Source: Gnetum montanum (Eukaryota; Plantae; Gnetophyta). From it: a stretch of DNA of 64,000 nucleotides. The position numbers and the translations under genes were made by a program. This document shows positions 62,091 to 64,000 of this stretch, piece after piece. The notes under the pieces were generated by a model. The model was given only the letters and a program-made list of their open reading frames with translations, was not told where the DNA came from and made no database searches. Each line of letters begins with the position of its first letter. Position 1 is the stretch's first letter. The DNA lies in the NCBI GenBank assembly GCA_015680685.1, contig MNCI01000721.1, positions 619,872 through 683,871 on the forward strand, read 5' to 3'.

Positions 62091-64000
62091 TGATGAGACG
62101 CGATATGCACTGAGCCGCGATATCGCGTCGTCCTCTGCGATATCGCGTATGCGATATCGTGGTCCGCTGCCATATCTATAAATAAGAGGCGGCACTCCCT
62201 TCATTTCCAAATCCTGGCTAGAAGTAGCAAAGCTCTGGCAGTTTGAACACTCCAGAGTTAGATTAATTCCCATGTGCCCGCAGTAGGAGTCCTAGAGTGA
62301 ACGGCTCTTTATTCGAGCAACTTTGTAACCTGAACACAAGTTGTGTACGGCAATAAAGATGAACTTGATTGGATAAACCTTGCAGTACATGGTTTTATTT
62401 TATTGTTATTTATTGCTTTCCTAGTGCGNNNNNNNNNNNNNNNNNNNNNNNNNNNNNNNNNNNNNNNNNAGGTAACCCAGTAGCGTATTCCAGGATCTGC
62501 GCTTGGTAATCCCAGNNNNNNNNNNNNNNNNNNNNNNNNNNNNNNNNNNNNNNNNNNNNNNNNNNNNNNNNNNNNNNNNNNNNNNNNNNNNNNNNNNNNN
62601 NNNNNNNNNNNNNNNNNNNNNNNNNNNNNNNNNNNNNNNNNNNNNNNNNNNNNNNNNNNNNNNNNNNNNNNNNNNNNNNNNNNNNNNNNNNNNNNNNNNN
62701 NNNNNNNNNNNNNNNNNNNNNNNNNNNNNNNNNNNNNNNNNNNNNNNNNNNNNNNNNNNNNNNNNNNNNNNNNNNNNNNNNNNNNNNNNNNNNNNNNNNN
62801 NNNNNNNNNNNNNNNNNNNNNNNNNNNNNNNNNNNNNNNNNNNNNNNNNNNNNNNNNNNNNNNNNNNNNNNNNNNNNNNNNNNNNNNNNNNNNNNNNNNN
62901 NNNNNNNNNNNNNNNNNNNNNNNNNNNNNNNNNNNNNNNNNNNNNNNNNNNNNNNNNNNNNNNNNNNNNNNNNNNNNNNNNNNNNNNNNNNNNNNNNNNN
63001 NNNNNNNNNNNNNNNNNNNNNNNNNNNNNNNNNNNNNAGCACACCATTAGGATGGCTTCTTCTCATGAAATCAACTCACCTAAGGACAACACAAGAGACG
63101 GTCAGCATCATACGCATAACTCAAATCAGCCATGTCCTAAACAATCTAAGGTCACATATACTCATCCTGATGAGTATGTCTCAGACTTTACTTTTATTCT
63201 CCATCAGGATGAACAACTGCGATGGAGGGATCTGCAAGGTAACATTGTGTTACCCCCAGATAGATCTACCCCTAACATGCTTTTCTGTGCCTTAGCACAG
63301 ATTGGCATGCAAGAACTGTTTGCGGAATACGTTCTGGATGATTATGACATGAGGGATTATCATCCCACAAATGCCCAACGTATTCGGGATGCAAGGCAGG
63401 AGAGCCAACATTCATTATTGAAGAGCAAGGTCCCCCATGTCATTAGTGAAATAGGAGACGAGGAACCCCTCACGATGGGTTTCTTAGAAAATGATGTTCC
63501 TCCTCCTCACTCTGGTGAAGAGGTAAAGCATCAGGGCCTTCGATCAACTGTACATGCTATAGGCTCTGATCACCGTGAGCACCAGCTGTTCACGGTAGGA
63601 ACAACTACTCAGACTAAGGATGGACACTTAGATCGTTACAACGATCGGGGCCGAAGCAGCCGAAGAGAAGGTAAGCAACATCGCCACGATGATGAATCTC
63701 CTTCTTCTTCTCCTTCATCTCACCATTCACACTCTCCTTCCACATCTAGGCGCAACCATCGTGGGCATAATAGAGAGAGTAAAAGTAAAAGGGAAGATGA
63801 AAAACCTCGACAAGAAGGTCGAGAGGAGTTACGACAAGAAGGTCGAGAGTTGTTAGGACAAGGGCAAGGATGTAGGGAAAGTAGGAAACCGCCACGAAGA
63901 CATCACAGACGTCATGAAAGAGATGATCATGACGAGCCCCTACTCGCAACCCGAGGCATGTTAGACATTAGAGAGGCAGTTAGGATCCCCACAAGGCACT
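62091..64000 (+). mobile_element. Young Athila-lineage element: 5' LTR (partly in N gaps) and gag start
   Basis: Starts TGATGAGACGCGATATG with an intact CGCGATATCGCG array and TATAAATA at about 62178. 62255-62385 aligns with the reverse complement of 23130-23265. Confidence 0.85.
63052..64000 (+). CDS. gag: Gag N-terminus, 316 uninterrupted codons, open at the window end
   Basis: MASSHEINSP..TYTHPDEYVSDFTFILHQDEQLRWRDLQGNIVLPPDRSTPNML..(R/H/S/E-rich)..GMLDIREAVRIPTRH. There is no stop, so it is absent from the ORF track. Confidence 0.85.
   Translation, partial: MASSHEINSPKDNTRDGQHHTHNSNQPCPKQSKVTYTHPDEYVSDFTFILHQDEQLRWRDLQGNIVLPPDRSTPNMLFCALAQIGMQELFAEYVLDDYDMRDYHPTNAQRIRDARQESQHSLLKSKVPHVISEIGDEEPLTMGFLENDVPPPHSGEEVKHQGLRSTVHAIGSDHREHQLFTVGTTTQTKDGHLDRYNDRGRSSRREGKQHRHDDESPSSSPSSHHSHSPSTSRRNHRGHNRESKSKREDEKPRQEGREELRQEGRELLGQGQGCRESRKPPRRHHRRHERDDHDEPLLATRGMLDIREAVRIPTRH

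Noticed and set aside
62410-63066. ORFs spanning N runs (also 31508-31744)
   Set aside because: Artefacts of assembly gaps.

Overview
AT-rich, methylation-decayed intergenic plant DNA with no intact host gene. It is a nested pile of retroelements plus three host-gene relics. (1) 3.05-8.55 kb: an endogenous pararetrovirus (Caulimoviridae) integrant on the - strand. It reads as one decayed MP-coiled coil-CP/zinc knuckle-protease polyprotein and breaks off before RT. Its promoter and tRNA-Met PBS are retained, a 373-bp inverted copy of the leader sits at the left junction, and a 114-bp host direct repeat flanks both ends. (2) An Athila-lineage Ty3/Gypsy family in four forms. These are a full-length gag-pol copy with no env-like ORF (22613-32327, TSD ATATG), a pol-less copy with a large env-like ORF behind an apparent internal promoter and intron (36.7-43.9 kb), an older env-like remnant (51-53 kb), and a young CpG-rich copy whose gag ORF is open to the window end (62091-64000). 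(3) An old Tat/Ogre-like element broken by insertions, one of which carries an intronless subtilase fragment. (4) Pseudogene fragments of a CCR4-family deadenylase and leucine aminopeptidase, a 5S-derived fragment, solo LTRs, minisatellites and a probable DUF7869-type transposase relic. All family assignments come from motifs recognised by eye; no database search was run.
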